A stretch of DNA of 64,000 bases from Scyliorhinus canicula. Taxonomy: Eukaryota. The DNA is taken from assembly GCF_902713615.1 (NCBI RefSeq), contig NC_052150.1, positions 78,113,790-78,177,789 on the forward strand, given 5' to 3'. Made by a program: the position numbers and the translations under genes. Below, one piece after another: positions 59,658 through 64,000 of the stretch (position 1 is the first letter of the stretch; each line of letters starts with the position of its first letter). The notes beneath the pieces are model-generated. The model searched no databases. It had not been told where the DNA came from and saw only the letters and a program-made list of their open reading frames with translations.

Positions 59658-62600
59658 TTGAAGTGTATTTTAACAGTCAGAAAAAAAAGAGAGAATGGCG
59701 TAATCGGATAGCTATTAACCTGACTGAGTGGAAAATCTCAGTAAATGTTATGTCTGCGTTTTATACGAGACACTTTCTTCTCAAATGCTCGCCTCTCTAT
59801 CGCTGTGAGTCTCGGAGTATACTTGTGGTATTTATACGGAACTTTGAAAAATACAAAGTCCTCCCAACATACCATGTTTCAAATTAGATTATTCAAACTA
59901 TATCCCAATTCCAAAATAAGTGCTTTTGAAATGTTCCTTCATTCTAAATTAGTACCAGTGGTTCTATATTGTTGTAGGCGGTTCAGAATGTGGGGGGACG
60001 TCTGTGAATTTAAGGCTAAATGATGTCGATCTTTTCCTTGAGGCTGTGTACATTGCTGGACTGTGTACTTCGAACAGGCGGGCTCTGCTGTATTCTGATC
60101 TCTTTTTTTAAAAAGCGACATTCGACGCGAAAAAGGCAACTGGAATAAAACAATTCGATCTGTTTTTATGGGAAAAGTCTCTTCATATTTTTTGTACAGT
60201 TGTTGAAAGTTTACCTGCTGCATGTACACAGCAGATAGAAAAATTGCCGTGGTCGATTTTTCAAGATGAAATACAACGTGTCTCAATCATGAAAAGAATA
60301 TTTTTTTCTTTCCTTTCGTCAGTAATTGAGGTCGTTCAGTCGCTCGGGTTCACCTGGAGTCCATACGATGATACACGAGTAACTCAAAGCTATTTTATCT
60401 TTTGTGCTGATAGTCAAGATCGCGCTATAACATTGACATCAAACTCTGTCTGAGCAGATGATTACAAGTCGTGCAAAACGTAAACTTTTGACCCTCAACT
60501 TTTTGACCTACAGTTGTACCGCCCCAGCAGCCACGGTACAGGGAGCCCTTTTTTCAAAGCATTACTGAGGACTGAAATAATATCCCCTTTCGATCACTAT
60601 TTTCATGATGTACTGCTAATTTCAGGTCTGGGAATGCTGGAGGCCCCGTCCCTATCCCCCTCCTCGTCAACCCCCACCCCATTCCCGTCCGCCCCATAAG
60701 TGAAACCTTTCTTTAATCTCTCAAAAATGGCATGAACCTCAACTGTCTGCAAGCTGTTTATTCAAGTGCTCTTTTATTTAGTTGGATGTGCCAAACTGGG
60801 TAAGTTTTTACTGCATCGGCCAGTCGATGTAATTATAGATAGTGCAGTCAGAAAAAGAAAACAAATTCTTTAAGCTTTTGAGTCTATTTTAGTCTTTCCG
60901 TCCTTTTCTGTTGCACTTATGGAACAATGGATGCGCGAGCTCCCAGTCCATGCTTATACAAAATGACTGTGAACTTGGTCTAAAGCGAGCTCTACTGGTG
61001 AGTCGCAGAGTGTGCAGATGCATTTTTCTTGTAATTCTCTCCCCATTTCTGCCTCTCTTTCCTGAACGTATTCCTTCTTAGATTTAAACAACCAAAAGCC
61101 TGATTGAAACAATGAAGCCCACCATTCCAGTTTTGTACTTTGGCATGGATGTTTTGTTTTGATTTTGTGCCAAAGACAGGTCATTGTAATGACACACCTC
61201 TTCGGGAAAATGTACAGAATCAATAAGCTTATGCCATGACTGAGAGAAGTAATAAGAAAAAAATGACAGAATTTAAAAAAATAATTACTTCAGTCCATTG
61301 AACCAATGTGCACATTCCTTAGAGATGAACTCCACCTTGTCCACCCCTTCCTTAAGAGAACGACAATATTAATTCATACAAATATATATATAGGTATTTA
61401 CCCAAATCACATTGCCATTCTTATTGTTATGCAATGTTTATTAGAAAAGTGCGCTGGTGATAATTACTTCTGCTTTGTTTTTTAGGAAGTGATTTGTCTC
61501 TGGTAACACATTTTTTTAAGCAATCGGTTTATTTAGTGGGTTCATGCGTTTTCCCCTGCCATGCCAACCATAGTGTGATGCATAGATATCAAGACAATTC
61601 TTCAACTGTGCATTGCAATATCTTGCATTCAAATAAATACAGAGGTTATTGATGAATCCATTCCCGGAAGACTAAGAGAGTCCTCAATATCTACAAGGTC
61701 ATGCTGCAACTTAAGCTTCAGTGCGGAGAAACACACAGCAGACTAGTAACAATATCTATCCTTAGATTTAAGGTTCTCCTGCTCACTACCAGCTAATTTC
61801 GCAAATGATGAGTACCAAATGACAATATGAAATGATATTATGCAAAACAAATGCAAGAAATAAAATGTGAATATAATACAACTCCTGGAACCTATATACA
61901 TACATTCATTTCTATCATACCACCTTCTATTAAAAACCTTCATAGCAATGCTGGGAATACAGAGGATTCCATATGAAGCTCCATTAAAGCTAACCAGATC
62001 GCTAAAAGTCTGATCCAGTAAACAGAACTGAAATAGAAAACCAGTCTATAAACGCCATATCCAGTTTGATTGTTGGGTAATATGAAAATTATATATTAGA
62101 TTCCCACGTGCACGACGGTTTTACCATGCATTTCTATTTATTCCACTTAAAGTGAATGTACTGTAATACTGTATATCGTATTCCTATAGAAATGAGGAAG
62201 CATTAGTGCTTCCTCTTTCAAATTATTTTACTGCGCTAATCAACCCCAAAACAATTATCTGTTACTTTGCTCATAAACAGAAAAACACGATGGCTGCGGA
62301 ACCCCCTAAATTCACTGAAAGGGGGCCCAAGAAGATTCATCACGTTCTCACAGAACATGCAGCTGCACAGGTTTACAAATAGGAAACTGCGTTAAGCTAA
62401 CAGTGCGCCCTGCACTGAATTTCTTGAAGAAGCTCATTTGCAAAGCTTAGGCAAAATTCTATTGTGCCCAAACGACAAACTAGCATAGATTGCTATTGAA
62501 AAATGTGCTGTCCTTTCGGTGCCCTTACACAGACGAAACGTAAGGACGTCACATTTCAGATTTGATGGCGACCACCGCTTGATTTTACTCCTCGGAACTT

Positions 62601-64000
62601 TTTGACTTGTTTCACGCATATACTTTTTCTGCGTTACGCTTCAGTTAATTGGTTAAATTGCACAGTAGCTGGGTTCGAAAAATTATTTTAAACACTGATT
62701 AATGAGATGGAGTGGAAGGATATGTACAGATATTATATCTGATAGCTCTCGATTACGTGCCTCAACCAAGATTTTGACAATAGCTTCATTTCAGAAGGAG
62801 CACAGACTTTAGATTTACATTTAGACTGCCAGTCAGATTTACACGTGATTAAAGAGATTTTTGCGGGGAAACTGAACCTCTGCAATTTCAGATCAAACCT
62901 TCTGTTGTGACAGAAATTAAGTGCGTTATTGAAAATATATGTTTCACCTATGGAACAAATGGGTTTAACGCTGCCCATCGTGTTTTTCTTCAGTGTAGGG
63001 GTTACATAAGGAAGCATATTAAAATGCACCCCATTACCACCCCCTCCCCCCAAGCTGCCTCAGTTTACATACAGATATGGTGGCAGCCCCAGAAGCATAG
63101 ACAAACTATCTTCTAAAACGCAGTTCCACGCAGTTCTCTTCAGAAATAAGTGATTCCCTCGGACACACACGTGCACATATCCTACTTACTAAATATTTAT
63201 TAAATATATGGAAAAATAATATTCTCTACGTTTATGGGAATACGTAATTGCATCGTCGATGCAAGGTAGATCGGAAATTCAATACTTCTGGAAAAGACCC
63301 CATAACGACTATCTTTCCATCGGTTCCCACAGAATATCTACACTGTGCAACGTATATGATCACGCAGTTTAGATATTTACATGTTTAACCCCTTGAATAT
63401 ACATTGTGTACCCCTGCTGGCACCAAATTCACCTACCCTAAGCCCACCCCAACCCCCCAACCCACTTTGGAGTCTCATATCTTAGACAGGAAAGTTTTAG
63501 TGCTTTCTGCGAGTGAATAAATACTTCAAAAGCACAGGTCCTTGTGCAATGTGAAACGAAATAACACGTTATCATTAATGTTTAGGAAAACAATTACAAG
63601 TACATCAATTGTAAATTTAATAACTGACATGTAATGTTAGAATGCATGCCACTGTAGCACTGGGTGATACTAAAAATTGTTTTGTCATGTCGTAAAAAGG
63701 ATTTAAGTGATTTGGACAGATGATATATTAAACTGTCATATTTAAATGTAAACTAATACAATGGAAATTACAACAGATTGACGCGATTGACATGGCCGAT
63801 CCGGAACTTCAATACTGATATTGTCGCTGATTTCCTCTATTTACCGGAGGATCTTTATAGCACGTCGTAAAATTGGCCTAATTGCAGAGGAATGTTTTGA
63901 GTTGAAATTCTACAAGGTTAATTACTTTCTACCATATTATCGTTTTTAAACATGTGGCCGCCTGCCATCTCCACTCCCACTGCGATAAGTTGGATTTGTC

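Noticed and set aside
63680-63960. GTCGTAAAA/TAATTA cluster as a possible HoxA5 3' mesodermal (Cdx) enhancer
   Set aside because: The motifs are short and HoxA5 is not visible to anchor the position, so the call is too weak.
55058-64000. Intact miR-10 gene or HoxA5 coding sequence
   Set aside because: No TACCCTGTAGA(T/A)CCGAATTTG match and no homeobox seen here. HoxA5 presumably lies beyond the window.

Overview
Vertebrate genomic DNA holding the 3' (anterior) end of a HoxA cluster on the minus strand, with four intact two-exon genes: HoxA1 (20987-22395), HoxA2 (26781-28388), HoxA3 (33074-36247) and HoxA4 (53966-55057). HoxA5 presumably lies beyond the right edge. Protein sequences and the repeat complement (V-SINE/HE1-type SINEs, CR1, L1, L2, Penelope) suggest a cartilaginous fish, probably a catshark-like shark (inference). 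Positions 1 to ~13.3 kb are a dense nest of decayed retroelements. From ~13.3 kb on, the sequence is almost free of recognisable transposons and carries recognisable Hox cis-elements: four DR5 RAREs, a Hoxb1-type DR2, the HoxA2 r3/r5-neural crest and r4 enhancers, the HoxA3 MafB/Pbx enhancer and the Hox4 intron HB1 element. The most notable observations are: (i) three 18-nt-periodic splice donors at the start of the HoxA1 intron that could make a homeodomain-less, NMD-escaping HoxA1; (ii) a fixed-spacing CCAAT/E-box module in front of all four genes; (iii) an inverted Penelope terminal pair with hammerhead-like cores inside the HoxA3 intron; (iv) a possible decayed miR-10 hairpin upstream of HoxA4; (v) a 28-bp minisatellite born from the L1 zinc-knuckle codons. 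There is a 220-nt assembly gap at 45487-45706. All calls are by eye; comparisons with known elements are from memory and no searches were run.
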